Shown here in pieces: positions 43,513-54,382 of a stretch of DNA of 64,000 nt. How positions within the stretch are numbered: position 1 is the first letter of the stretch; each line of letters opens with the position of its first letter. Location of the stretch: NCBI GenBank assembly GCA_040307715.1, contig JAWRJC010000026.1, positions 14,571-78,570 of the forward strand. The letters are read 5' to 3'. Source of the DNA: Clostridiales bacterium (GTDB lineage Bacteria > Bacillota > Clostridia > Peptostreptococcales > Anaerovoracaceae). Below the pieces are notes generated by a model that did no database searches, was not told where the DNA came from, and was given only the letters and a program-made list of their open reading frames with translations. The position numbers were made by a program, and so were the translations under genes.

Positions 43513-45135
43513 ATGAAGTACAATCCTTCCAATATTAAAGAAGTCATCCTCGACGGCCGCAGTCTGGTCTTTGAGGAGTTTATTGCGGCAAGCCGCTTCC
43601 ATGCACCGGTGAAGATCGATCCGGAGGCGCTTGAGCGCATGCGCAAGTCCAGAGAACTGACGGAGAAGATCCAGAAGTCCGGCAAACCGACCTACGGCAT
43701 CACGACCGGCTTTGGCGACTTCCAGAAGGTTGCTGTTCCGGAAGAGATGTCCAACCAGCTCTCCACCAACCTGATCCTCAGCCACTGCACAGCCTGCGGC
43801 GAACCGTACGACGATGAGATCGTCCGCGGCATCCTGCTGCTGCGCGTCAACAACCTGCTCGTCGGTTTCTCCGGCGTCCGCCCGCTGCTCGCTGAGATCA
43901 TGGTCGAAATGCTCAACAAGAACGTCCTGCCGGTGATTCCTGAAAAAGGTTCGCTGGGATCCTCCGGCGACCTCGCTCCGCTGGCACACATGACGCTGCC
44001 CATTCTGGGCCTTGGCGAAGCCAAATACCAGGGCGAAGTCCTGCCCGGTGCCGAAGCGATGAAGCGCGCCGGCATCAGGACCGTCGATACGCTGGTCTGC
44101 AAAGAGGGCCTCGGCATGACCAACGGCACCTGTGCCATGACCGCCTGCGGCGCGCTGGCGCTGTATGACTCCATCTGCGCGGTGGAAATGGCAGATGTCA
44201 TTGCATCCATGACCTTCGAAGGACTGACAGGTCTGCGCAACGCGTTCGACCACCGCATCCATGAAGCAAGAGGCCACAAGGGTCAGATCCTCGTGGCAGA
44301 TAATATGCGCATGCTGCTGGAAGGCTCCGAGATCCTCGACAACTGCCAGCAGGACCGTGTACAGGACGCGTATGCGCTTCGCTGCATTCCGCAGATCCAC
44401 GGTGCCGTCCGCGACGCGCTGCAGTTCGTCATCCACAAGGTGGACATCGAGATCAATGCTGTTACGGATAACCCGCTGATCTTCCCCGAGGATGAGGCTG
44501 TCATCTCCGGCGGCAACTTCCACGGTGAACCGATGGCGATCCCGTTCGATCTGCTGGGCATCGCCTGCTCTGAGATCGCCAATATCTCCGAGCGCCGCAT
44601 CGAGCGCATGGTCAACCCGGCACTCTCCAACGGACTCACACCGTTCCTGACCACCGAGCCCGGCGTCAATTCCGGTTACATGATCGTCCAGTACGCGGCA
44701 GCTTCCATGGTTTCCGAGAACAAAGTGCTGGCCCATCCGGCATCCGTCGACTCGATCCCCTCTTCCGCCAACCAGGAAGACATCGTCTCCATGGGTACCA
44801 CCGCTGCCAGAAAGGCACGCGACATCGTGCAGAACACCCTGTCTGTCCTCGCACTGGAGCTGCTGACTGCCTGCCAGGCCATTGACATCCGTAAGCGTCT
44901 GAACACGCACGGACAGAAACTCAGCCCGTTCCATCAGCACGTCTACAACATGATCAGAAGAGAAGTGCCCTTCTATGAAGTGGACCGCGAGATCTGGCCT
45001 GACATCCGCAAAGCGGAGGCGTTCATCCGCCGCAAGGACCTGCTCGACCTGATCGACGAATACATGCCGGAGATGCTCGACAACAATGCCTGGGAGCAGT
45101 TCCGGGACGAATCCGGCAAACGCAGCGCAGAATAA
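43513..45135 (+). CDS. hutH: histidine ammonia-lyase
   Basis: 540 aa. YGITTGFG is present, as is the His-selective LSH motif. The MIO-forming triad region reads GSLGSSGDLAPLAH, which is Ser-Ser-Gly rather than Ala-Ser-Gly. QEDIVSMG is also present. Confidence 0.93.
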   Translation: MKYNPSNIKEVILDGRSLVFEEFIAASRFHAPVKIDPEALERMRKSRELTEKIQKSGKPTYGITTGFGDFQKVAVPEEMSNQLSTNLILSHCTACGEPYDDEIVRGILLLRVNNLLVGFSGVRPLLAEIMVEMLNKNVLPVIPEKGSLGSSGDLAPLAHMTLPILGLGEAKYQGEVLPGAEAMKRAGIRTVDTLVCKEGLGMTNGTCAMTACGALALYDSICAVEMADVIASMTFEGLTGLRNAFDHRIHEARGHKGQILVADNMRMLLEGSEILDNCQQDRVQDAYALRCIPQIHGAVRDALQFVIHKVDIEINAVTDNPLIFPEDEAVISGGNFHGEPMAIPFDLLGIACSEIANISERRIERMVNPALSNGLTPFLTTEPGVNSGYMIVQYAAASMVSENKVLAHPASVDSIPSSANQEDIVSMGTTAARKARDIVQNTLSVLALELLTACQAIDIRKRLNTHGQKLSPFHQHVYNMIRREVPFYEVDREIWPDIRKAEAFIRRKDLLDLIDEYMPEMLDNNAWEQFRDESGKRSAE

Positions 45136-45176
45136 ACCCGCATGCCCCGCTGAAAAGACCGGAGAAAGCAAAGCAA

Positions 45177-45218
45177 TCAAAAGGAGCGATTCCATATCAC
45201 CGGAATCGCTCCTTTTTC
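45177..45218. terminator. bidirectional rho-independent terminator (hutH / eno)
   Basis: A 12 bp stem, AGGAGCGATTCC-(8 nt)-GGAATCGCTCCT, is flanked by AAAA and TTTTT. Confidence 0.85.
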
Positions 45219-45254
45219 TATTATCTGATACTGTTCCTGCCCTGATGCGCTGCT

Positions 45255-46586
<1,332 letters not shown>

Positions 46587-46596
46587 TCAGCGATTC

Positions 46597-47343
46597 TCAG
46601 AAATCAATAATCTGCATGAACTCATCCGCCTTCAGGCTCGAGCCGCCGATCAGGCCGCCGTCGATTTCTTCCATTGCCATGAGTTCCGTTGCATTGGCAG
46701 GCTTCATGCTGCCGCCGTACTGGATCGTCAGTTCACAGGCGGCATCATCATCGTACAGTTCAGAGACAACTTCGCGGATATAGCCGCACATCTCGTTGGC
46801 CTGTTCCGGTGTCGCTGTACGGCCGGTGCCGATCGCCCAGACCGGTTCGTACGCGACGACGAGTTTTCTCACGTCATCTGCTGCGATCCCGGCAAGGTCA
46901 GCGCGGATCTGCCCGCCGACCACTTCCTTCTCCCTGCCGGCGTCGCGCTCCTCGAGCACTTCTCCGACACAGAGGATCGGCACGATCGGTCCCTCAAAAA
47001 GTTTCTTGAGCTTTTTGTTGACCGTCTCGTCGGTCTCCGCAAAGTACTGCCGTCTCTCGGAATGGCCGATGATGCAGTAGTCCACGCCGATGTCCTCGAG
47101 CATCTTCACCGAAACCTCCCCGGTGAACGCTCCCTGGTCCTCAAAGTGCGCATTCTGCGCGCCGACTTTGATGTCGGTGCCGGCAAAGGCTTCTTTGAGA
47201 ATCGCCAGATGGACGAACGGGGCGCAGATGGCGGTCTTCACGTCCGTGTCCTTGTAGAGGGCCTTGAACTCTTCCGCAAATGCCCTCGCTTCCGCTGCCG
47301 TCTTATGCATCTTCCAGTTGCCTGCAATGAACGGTATTCTCAT
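46597..47343 (-). CDS. tpiA: triosephosphate isomerase
   Basis: The sequence is IAGNWKMHK...IGHSERR...AYEPVWAIGTG. The start codon directly abuts the pgk stop (TAAATG). Its SD (GGAGG) lies inside the pgk 3' end. Confidence 0.96.
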   Translation of the reverse strand: MRIPFIAGNWKMHKTAAEARAFAEEFKALYKDTDVKTAICAPFVHLAILKEAFAGTDIKVGAQNAHFEDQGAFTGEVSVKMLEDIGVDYCIIGHSERRQYFAETDETVNKKLKKLFEGPIVPILCVGEVLEERDAGREKEVVGGQIRADLAGIAADDVRKLVVAYEPVWAIGTGRTATPEQANEMCGYIREVVSELYDDDAACELTIQYGGSMKPANATELMAMEEIDGGLIGGSSLKADEFMQIIDF

Positions 47344-48528
47344 TTATTTATCCTCCAATACTTCTACACCCGGCAGCTTTTTCCCCTCGAGGAATTCGAG
47401 GCTTGCCCCGCCGCCGGTAGAGATATGGGTCATCTGATCCGCAAAGCCGAACTGTTCCACAGCTGCCGCGCTGTCGCCGCCGCCGATCACGGTCACGCCG
47501 GGGCAGTCCGCAACAGCCTGTGCGACCTGCTTTGTACCTTCCGCAAAGTTCTCCATTTCGAACACGCCCATGGGGCCGTTCCAGACGACTGTTCCGGCTT
47601 CCCGGATGACTTTGCCGAATGCCTCAATGCTCTTCGGACCGATGTCCATCCCCATCATGTCTGCAGGAATCGCATCGCGGTCGACGGTGCATGTTTTCGC
47701 ATCGTTGCTGAATTCATCCGCACAGACAGTGTCCAGGGGCAGCATCAGGCTGACACCGCTCTCCTTCGCCTGTTCCATCAGTCTGGCGGCGAGTTCGATG
47801 CCCGCTTCATCCAGAATGGATTTGCCGATCTCCAGCCCCATCGCCTTATAGAAGGTGTAGGCCATGCCGCCGCCGATGATGATGGTGTCGACCTTCTTCA
47901 TCATCTGCTCGACAAGAAGGATTTTATCGGAAACTTTTGCGCCGCCCATGATCGCCACGAACGGACGGGCGGGATCTTCCACTGCTTCGCCGAGGAACTT
48001 GAGTTCCTTCTCGATCAGGAAGCCCGACACAGCAGGCATATACTCTGCCAGCCCCGCCGTCGAGCAGTGTGCTCTGTGCGCCGTGCCGAATGCGTCGTTG
48101 ACGAACAGATCGCCGAGCTGCGCCAGTTCCTGCGTGAAGTTCGGCGCGTTTTTCGTCTCCTCTTCGCGGAAACGCGTATTCTCGAGCAGCAGGACATCGC
48201 CCTCGCCCATCGTCGCGACCGCATCTTTCACATTGTCATCCACGACGACATCGGACTGGGCGAACACCACTTTCTTCTCCAGAAGTTCCGCCAAGCGTCT
48301 TGCGACCGGTGCCAGCGAGAACTTCGGATCGGCCTCTCCCTTGGGTCTGCCAAGGTGGCTCATCAGGATGACCTTAGCGCCGTTCTCCATCAGATATTTG
48401 ATCGTGGGCAGCGCCGCGCGGATCCTGGTGTCGTTGGTGATCTCGCCGTTCTCCATCGGAACGTTGAAGTCGCATCTCGTCAGGACACGCTTGCCGCGTA
48501 CATCTACATCTTTTACTGTTTTCTTCAT
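47344..48528 (-). CDS. pgk: phosphoglycerate kinase
   Basis: 394 aa. The sequence is RCDFNVP...SHLGRPKG...GGGMAYTF...[13 protein letters not shown]. Confidence 0.97.
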   Translation of the reverse strand: MKKTVKDVDVRGKRVLTRCDFNVPMENGEITNDTRIRAALPTIKYLMENGAKVILMSHLGRPKGEADPKFSLAPVARRLAELLEKKVVFAQSDVVVDDNVKDAVATMGEGDVLLLENTRFREEETKNAPNFTQELAQLGDLFVNDAFGTAHRAHCSTAGLAEYMPAVSGFLIEKELKFLGEAVEDPARPFVAIMGGAKVSDKILLVEQMMKKVDTIIIGGGMAYTFYKAMGLEIGKSILDEAGIELAARLMEQAKESGVSLMLPLDTVCADEFSNDAKTCTVDRDAIPADMMGMDIGPKSIEAFGKVIREAGTVVWNGPMGVFEMENFAEGTKQVAQAVADCPGVTVIGGGDSAAAVEQFGFADQMTHISTGGGASLEFLEGKKLPGVEVLEDK

Positions 48529-48544
48529 CGTTATTCTCCTGCCT

Positions 48545-48562
48545 GCCCGGCTTTTTCCGGGC
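48545..48562 (-). other. GC stem-loop in the gap-pgk spacer with no U-tract
   Basis: GCCCGG-cttttt-CCGGGC. On the minus strand it is followed by AGGCAGGAGAA (the pgk SD region), so it is not a canonical terminator. Confidence 0.6.
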
Positions 48563-48585
48563 CGGTACCGTTCCAGTGCGGCTGA

Positions 48586-49635
48586 TTACTCTGCGTGGTC
48601 GACCTTGTACATATGCTTGATCAGCTCGAGGACCTTTGTAGAATAGCCCCACTCATTGTCGTAGAACGCGATCAGTTTGAACATCTGATCGTTGAGCTCG
48701 AAACCTTCTCTGGCATCAAAGATGGATGTGCAGCTGTCGCCGATGAAGTCGCTGGATACAACTTCGTCATCCACATATTCGATGATGCCCTTCAGATATG
48801 TCTCGGAAGCATCCTTGACCGCTTTACAGATTTCCTCATAGGTCGTCGGCTTCTTCAGGTGGACGTTCAGGTCGACCAGGGAAACGTCGGAGACCGGGAC
48901 ACGGTAGGAAATGCCGGTCAGTCTGCCCATCAGGGACGGAATGACGAGACCGACCGCCTTGGCTGCGCCTGTCGTGGTCGGGATGATGTTGTTGAAGGAT
49001 GCACGGCCGGTACGCCAGTCCTTCATGGAACGCATGTCGACGACCTTCTGCTTGGCAGTCGCCGCATGGATCGTGGACATCAGACCGTCTTCGATGCCCC
49101 AGTTGTCCTCGAGGACTCTGCACAGAGGCGCCAGGCAGTTGGTGGTGCAGGATGCGTTCGAAACGACCTGGTACTCTTTCTTGTATTTCTCGTTGTTGAC
49201 ACCCATGACGAAGGTCGGTGTTTCTTTATCCTTCGCAGGCGCTGTGATGATGACCTTCTTCGCGCCGGCCTGGATGTGGGCCATGGATTTTTCGGTCGTG
49301 ACGTACGCGCCGGTACCTTCGACGATGTACTCCGCGCCGCAGGATGCCCAGTCGATGGCCACAGCGTGCTCTTCACTGAAGACCGGGACTCTCTTGCCGT
49401 TGATGATGAGGCCCTGCTGCGCCGGCTTGTCCTTGTCCGCGCCTTCACGGTAGACATCGAGCTCCGTGGGGAAGCGGCCGAACGTGCTGTCGTATTTCAG
49501 CATGTACTTCATGTAGTCGATGTCGGCATTACGTACGTTGATGCCGCAGATCTCGATCTCGGGATCCTGCACCGCGATGCGGATGACAACGCGGCTGATA
49601 CGACCAAAACCATTGATGCCTACTTTTACTGCCAT
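48586..49635 (-). CDS. gap: type I glyceraldehyde-3-phosphate dehydrogenase
   Basis: 349 aa. The sequence is VGINGFGRI...SNASCTTNCLAP...WYDNEWGYS-like C-terminus (FYDNEWGYS). AAGGAGGAA SD. Confidence 0.96.
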   Translation of the reverse strand: MAVKVGINGFGRISRVVIRIAVQDPEIEICGINVRNADIDYMKYMLKYDSTFGRFPTELDVYREGADKDKPAQQGLIINGKRVPVFSEEHAVAIDWASCGAEYIVEGTGAYVTTEKSMAHIQAGAKKVIITAPAKDKETPTFVMGVNNEKYKKEYQVVSNASCTTNCLAPLCRVLEDNWGIEDGLMSTIHAATAKQKVVDMRSMKDWRTGRASFNNIIPTTTGAAKAVGLVIPSLMGRLTGISYRVPVSDVSLVDLNVHLKKPTTYEEICKAVKDASETYLKGIIEYVDDEVVSSDFIGDSCTSIFDAREGFELNDQMFKLIAFYDNEWGYSTKVLELIKHMYKVDHAE

Positions 49636-49667
49636 TTTGATTTCCTCCTTATGGATATCATAGTGTT

Positions 49668-51035
49668 TTAATAGCGTCTTCTTTTGGAAGAACCGGGTAT
49701 CCCCAGCTGCCCCCTGTATTTTGCAACCGTCCTCCGGGAGATCGCGATGCCCTTTTCCTGCATCATCCCGGCGATGGTTTCATCACTGTATGGTTTGCGG
49801 CTGTCCTCCTGTGTGAGGATCTCTGCCAGAACGGCCCTGGCACTTCTGGCGCTGACACCGTCCCCTGCCGGTCCAAGCCGCCCCGAAAAGAACGACCGCA
49901 GTTCCAATAACCCGCACGGGCATTCCATGTACTTGCCCCGGACGGTCCGGCTGACCGTGGATATGTGCAGCCCTGTTTCCTCTGCCACCTGCCGCATCGT
50001 CAGCGGTTTCATATCCTTGACGCTGCCGTCAAGAAATGCTGTCTGGTGGTTGGCAATGCTCTGGGCGACCTTGCGGATGGTCTCTTTGCGCTGCGCGATC
50101 GCATTGAGCAGCCGTACGGCACTCTCCACCCTTTCCTTCAAGTACTTCCGGGTATCAGCATCCGCGGCGCCTTCTTTCATCAGGCTCTCATAATAGGCAC
50201 TGACCCGCAGAGACGGAATGATCCGCTCGTTGACGCTTGCCACATACCCGTCTCCGGTCTTCTCAAGCAGGACATCCGGCAGCAGATAGACCGTTTCTTC
50301 CGGCTGTGAGAGAATACTGCCGGGTGCCGGAGACAGACTGCGGATCACATCGACCCGCTGCTGCATCCGCGCTGCCGTAAGGCCGTATTTCTCCGCCAGT
50401 TCACGAATGCGGTTGCGGGAAAGCAGATCGAGATCTTCTTCCAGCAGCTGTCTGTAGCAATCGTCCAGTTCGCCGCGCCTTGCAAGCTGCAGTTCCAGAC
50501 ACTCTGCCACCGTGCGCGCCCCTACGCCCGCAGGGTCAAAACTCTGCAGCAGTGCGAGTGCCTCCTCGACCTTCCCGCGCGGGATAGCACCCTTTCCCAA
50601 CGCAACGGTCTCCTCGACCGTCACGGTCAGATAGCCGCCGTCGTCCAGACTGTCGATCAGATAATCGCAGAGACTGCGGACCAGATCGTCCGCCTTGGTC
50701 AGTCCCAGCTGCCTGCGCAGGATACCGGCCAGATCGGGCTGCCCGTCCGCATCCTGCATCGCTGCCTGCCAAAGCGCATCCCCACTCTGTACAGACGTCC
50801 CGGCTTCGCGAACCGTACTTCTGCCGCCCGCTGCATAATACTCCTGCAGATAGGCCTGCAGACCTTCTTTATACGGCGATTCTTCTTCCAGGACCGGATT
50901 TGCCAATAACGCCTCACCCGCAAAGTCCCCCAGATCCTGGGCGTTCATCGCCAGGATTCTGAGACTCTGCAAAAGCACCGGGCTCATGATGAGCCGCTGG
51001 GATTGTTCGGTTGTCAGATCATACCCTAGCCGCAT
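49668..51035 (-). CDS. rpoN: RNA polymerase sigma-54 factor
   Basis: Region I is LTTEQSQRLIMSPVLLQSLRIL. The HTH is MRQVAEETGLHISTVSR and the RpoN box is ISRRTVAKYR. The ATG at 51035 has a GGAGG SD. The stop is 32 nt upstream of the gap ATG. Confidence 0.9.
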   Translation of the reverse strand: MRLGYDLTTEQSQRLIMSPVLLQSLRILAMNAQDLGDFAGEALLANPVLEEESPYKEGLQAYLQEYYAAGGRSTVREAGTSVQSGDALWQAAMQDADGQPDLAGILRRQLGLTKADDLVRSLCDYLIDSLDDGGYLTVTVEETVALGKGAIPRGKVEEALALLQSFDPAGVGARTVAECLELQLARRGELDDCYRQLLEEDLDLLSRNRIRELAEKYGLTAARMQQRVDVIRSLSPAPGSILSQPEETVYLLPDVLLEKTGDGYVASVNERIIPSLRVSAYYESLMKEGAADADTRKYLKERVESAVRLLNAIAQRKETIRKVAQSIANHQTAFLDGSVKDMKPLTMRQVAEETGLHISTVSRTVRGKYMECPCGLLELRSFFSGRLGPAGDGVSARSARAVLAEILTQEDSRKPYSDETIAGMMQEKGIAISRRTVAKYRGQLGIPGSSKRRRY

Positions 51036-51076
51036 GGTGCCTCCGCTCATAATCGCAAAGTACTGCAATCATAATC

Positions 51077-51085
51077 ATTATAGCA
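51077..51085 (-). promoter_or_regulatory. extended -10 element (TGcTATAAT) upstream of rpoN
   Basis: The reverse complement of 51077-51085 is TGCTATAAT, about 42 nt upstream of the rpoN ATG and downstream of the trmL terminator. Confidence 0.5.
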
Positions 51086-51140
51086 TACCGCCGCTTCTTT
51101 TGGTATGGTTCTTGGCCATGTATCCACGCTCCGTTCCGGC

Positions 51141-51170
51141 ACAAAAACATCCGGCCAGACAGACCGGATG
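51141..51170 (-). terminator. rho-independent terminator after trmL
   Basis: CATCCGG-(9 nt)-CCGGATG, followed on the minus strand by TTTTTGT. Confidence 0.75.
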
Positions 51171-51182
51171 CACGTGGTTTTC

Positions 51183-51650
51183 TTATTCAAGCCCGGGAAA
51201 ACCAAGCTGGCGGAGCGCTTCGAACAGAATGATATTCGCCGAGTTTGCCAGATTGAAGGATCTGAGCCTGGTATCCTCGCTCATCGGGATGCGGATCGCC
51301 ATCTCCTTGTGCGCCTCGATGAACGGCCGCGGCAGGCCCTTTGTCTCCCTGCCGAAGAGAAACATATCCCCATCCCGGTAGGCATGATCGGTGAATCGCC
51401 TGGCCCCCTTTGTCGTCGCCAGGAACATCCGTCTGCCCTCATAAGCGGCAAGGAAGTCGTCCAGGCTCTCATGCACTTCCAGATCGACATACGGCCAGTA
51501 GTCGAGCCCCGCCCGCTTGAGGCTTTTGTCGTCGATCGAAAAGCCCAGCGGCCTCACCAGATGCAGTTTTGTCCCCGTCGCGGCACACGTGCGCGCGATG
51601 TTGCCTGTATTCGGCGGGATCTCCGGCTCTACCAGTACGATATGCAGCAT
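51183..51650 (-). CDS. trmL: tRNA (cytidine/uridine34-2'-O)-methyltransferase TrmL (SpoU/TrmH family)
   Basis: The sequence is MLHIVLVEPEIPPNTGNIARTCAATG...LGFSIDDKSLKRAGLDYW...SFNLANSANI. The ATG at 51650 has an AAAGGAGAG SD. Confidence 0.88.
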   Translation of the reverse strand: MLHIVLVEPEIPPNTGNIARTCAATGTKLHLVRPLGFSIDDKSLKRAGLDYWPYVDLEVHESLDDFLAAYEGRRMFLATTKGARRFTDHAYRDGDMFLFGRETKGLPRPFIEAHKEMAIRIPMSEDTRLRSFNLANSANIILFEALRQLGFPGLE

Positions 51651-51752
51651 ACTCTCTCCTTTCTGTGCGATTCCCATTATAGCATTTTATAAAGACATTT
51701 CCCGCATAATGATGTATAATTTGCCCTGTGACTAAATACTTTGGAGGCGCTT

Positions 51753-52724
51753 ATGAAAAAAGTCGACATCGGCCTGATGGGGCTCGGCAATATCGGCACG
51801 GGCACCTATAAGACGCTGGAGATGAACCACGACCTGATCGCAGAGCGGTCCGGCCTCGATCTCGCGATCACAAAGATCCTGGAGATCGACACCGCGCGCG
51901 AACGGGACATCACCGTCGTCCCGGAGCAGTTCACGCAGGATCCGCAGGTGATCTTCGAAGATCCGGACATCGCCATCGTCATCGAGCTGCTCGGCGGCAT
52001 TGAGCCGGCCACCTCATTCATGCTGGAGGCCATGCGCCATGGCAAGCACGTCGTGACGGCGAACAAAGCGGCGGTCGCGGCGAACTTAGACAAGCTGACA
52101 GCCTGCGCGAAGGAACACAATGTGCTGTTCCGCTACGAGGCGAGCGTCGGCGGCGGGATCCCCATCCTGAACGCGCTGACCACGGTCCTGCAGGCGAACG
52201 ACTTCGTCGAAGTGCTCGGCATCGTCAACGGCACGACCAACTACATCCTCACAAAGATGACCGGCGAAGGACTCCCCTACGAGGAGGTTCTCAAGGACGC
52301 TCAGGCAAAAGGGTTTGCTGAGGCGGATCCCACGGCGGATGTCGAGGGCATCGACGTGGCGAACAAGCTGACCATCCTGATGGCGCTCACCTTCGGCAAC
52401 TATGTCCATCCGGACGACATCCCGCGGGAAGGCATCACAAAGATCACCATGGACGACATCGCCGCAGCGAAGGCCCGCGGCAACAAGATCAAGCTGATCG
52501 CCAAAGCCGCGAAGACAGCAGACGGGATCGACTACAGCGTCGGCCCGATGGAACTGCCCGAAAGCCATCCCCTCGCCGGAGTGAACGACGAATTCAATGC
52601 GATCTTCGTCAAAGGCAACGCCGTGGACGACCTGATGTTCTACGGCAAAGGCGCGGGGCCCCTTCCCACCGGCAGTGCGGTCATGGGCGACGTGCTCAGC
52701 ATCGCAAAAGAGATCACAAAATAG
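51753..52724 (+). CDS. hom: homoserine dehydrogenase (short form without a C-terminal ACT domain)
   Basis: The sequence is [12 protein letters not shown]...VVTANKA...[10 protein letters not shown]...[12 protein letters not shown]...[15 protein letters not shown]. The ATG at 51753 has a GGAGG SD. Confidence 0.88.
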   Translation: MKKVDIGLMGLGNIGTGTYKTLEMNHDLIAERSGLDLAITKILEIDTARERDITVVPEQFTQDPQVIFEDPDIAIVIELLGGIEPATSFMLEAMRHGKHVVTANKAAVAANLDKLTACAKEHNVLFRYEASVGGGIPILNALTTVLQANDFVEVLGIVNGTTNYILTKMTGEGLPYEEVLKDAQAKGFAEADPTADVEGIDVANKLTILMALTFGNYVHPDDIPREGITKITMDDIAAAKARGNKIKLIAKAAKTADGIDYSVGPMELPESHPLAGVNDEFNAIFVKGNAVDDLMFYGKGAGPLPTGSAVMGDVLSIAKEITK

Positions 52725-52768
52725 TATTTAACCGCGGCAGGCGGCAGGATAAACAAAGGAGAAACAAT

Positions 52769-53287
<519 letters not shown>

Positions 53288-53309
53288 ACAGTCTCTGAAG
53301 AACAGATAT

Positions 53310-53340
53310 AAAAATCCGGCCTTCGATGGCCGGATTTTTC
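53310..53340. terminator. bidirectional rho-independent terminator
   Basis: AAAAATCCGGCC-ttcgat-GGCCGGATTTTT, between convergent genes. Confidence 0.85.
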
Positions 53341-53355
53341 TTATTCACCACAGAT

Positions 53356-53736
53356 TCATTTTTCAGGGAGCTGGATCCGCTGCACCGCTTCCAGCCGGAT
53401 CAGTTTTTCTTTCGGCGCTTTTTTCGCGCTATCCACGCGCACCCGCATCCAATCCTCATCCACGTCGAGGATAGTATTGGTGCCGTACTTTGAATTGCCG
53501 TACATCACAATATCCACATCCTCGTAGTCCTCTTTCAAATCAAGCTTGACGGGTTTTCCGATGCACTCCTTTGCCAGTTCAACCAAAGCTTTGCGGTCGT
53601 CCGCATAAGAGGTCCCCTGCATCTTTGTGAGCTGCCGTTCCAGCTCTGTGATCCGCTTTTTCAGACCGCCCTGATTGAGGTATGCAAGGAAACCGAAGAT
53701 GCCAAATACGAACGCTACCACTCCCATATATTCCAT
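53356..53736 (-). CDS. small N-terminally membrane-anchored protein whose C-terminal domain is paralogous to that of the upstream XRE regulator
   Basis: TM helix (GVVAFVFGIFGFLAYL), a coiled-coil-like linker, then IGKPVKLDL...DVDIV...DWMRVRV...EKLIRLEAVQRIQL. Its ATG overlaps the upstream stop (TAATG). Confidence 0.6.
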   Translation of the reverse strand: MEYMGVVAFVFGIFGFLAYLNQGGLKKRITELERQLTKMQGTSYADDRKALVELAKECIGKPVKLDLKEDYEDVDIVMYGNSKYGTNTILDVDEDWMRVRVDSAKKAPKEKLIRLEAVQRIQLPEK

Positions 53737-54188
53737 TACGCATCCTCCTCCGCATACTCAAGTGACTGAATGGATGAGACCGGGATCAGTTTTTCGATCT
53801 CCCCTTTCTTCGTCTTCGCGCTCACCTTCATCCAGCTGCCTTCAAAATCGGTGATCGTGCAGACCGTATTATATAGATCGATATCCGCCTCTTCATCAAA
53901 GAATGACAGTTTCACCGGGCGGCCAAGCGATTCCTCCAGCAAACGGCTGATGCCGCTCTTAGGAGCCGCCGCGCCCTGCTCATCCTGCAGATCATCCTTC
54001 AGCAGATAATCGCAGCTCACGCCGAGCAGTTCCGCGATGTCGCCGATCTTGTCGATGTCCGGCATCACAGTGCCGGCCTCCCAGCGGCTGACCGTCTGCC
54101 GGGTGACAGACAGTTTTTCCGCGAATTCGATCTGGGTCATCCCCAGGTCCTTCCTCTTCGCCGCGATCTTTGTTCCAAGTGCCTGCAT
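53736..54188 (-). CDS. XRE-family HTH transcriptional regulator with an uncharacterised C-terminal domain
   Basis: The HTH is LGMTQIEFAEKLSVTRQTVSRWEAG. The C-terminal region is LGRPVKLSF...DIDLY...SWMKVSA...EKLIPVSSIQSLE. The ATG at 54188 has an AAAGGAAGTG SD. Confidence 0.8.
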   Translation of the reverse strand: MQALGTKIAAKRKDLGMTQIEFAEKLSVTRQTVSRWEAGTVMPDIDKIGDIAELLGVSCDYLLKDDLQDEQGAAAPKSGISRLLEESLGRPVKLSFFDEEADIDLYNTVCTITDFEGSWMKVSAKTKKGEIEKLIPVSSIQSLEYAEEDA

Positions 54189-54304
54189 ATCGTCACTTCC
54201 TTTCAGTGGTTTTCTGCTTCCTGCACCATCATTGTACAGAGTCCCCTGCGCCGCTGACAAGCAATTTGCGCGTGCAAAATGTAACATACCGGTTTACATT
54301 TCAC

Positions 54305-54332
54305 ACAAAAACCCGGCGTTTCCGCCGGGTTT
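54305..54332 (-). terminator. rho-independent terminator after the PNPOx-family gene
   Basis: ACCCGGCG-tttc-CGCCGGGT, followed on the minus strand by TTTTTGTGTG. Confidence 0.8.
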
Positions 54333-54382
54333 CGATACTTTTATGAGATCTTTGCAAACTTTTTCTGATACTGCCGCGCGAC

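Noticed and set aside
47341-47346. A pgk-tpiA fusion or frameshift, as in Thermotoga.
   Set aside because: A clean TAA stop is immediately followed by an ATG in the same frame, and a GGAGG SD sits in the pgk 3' end. These are two separate, translationally coupled genes.
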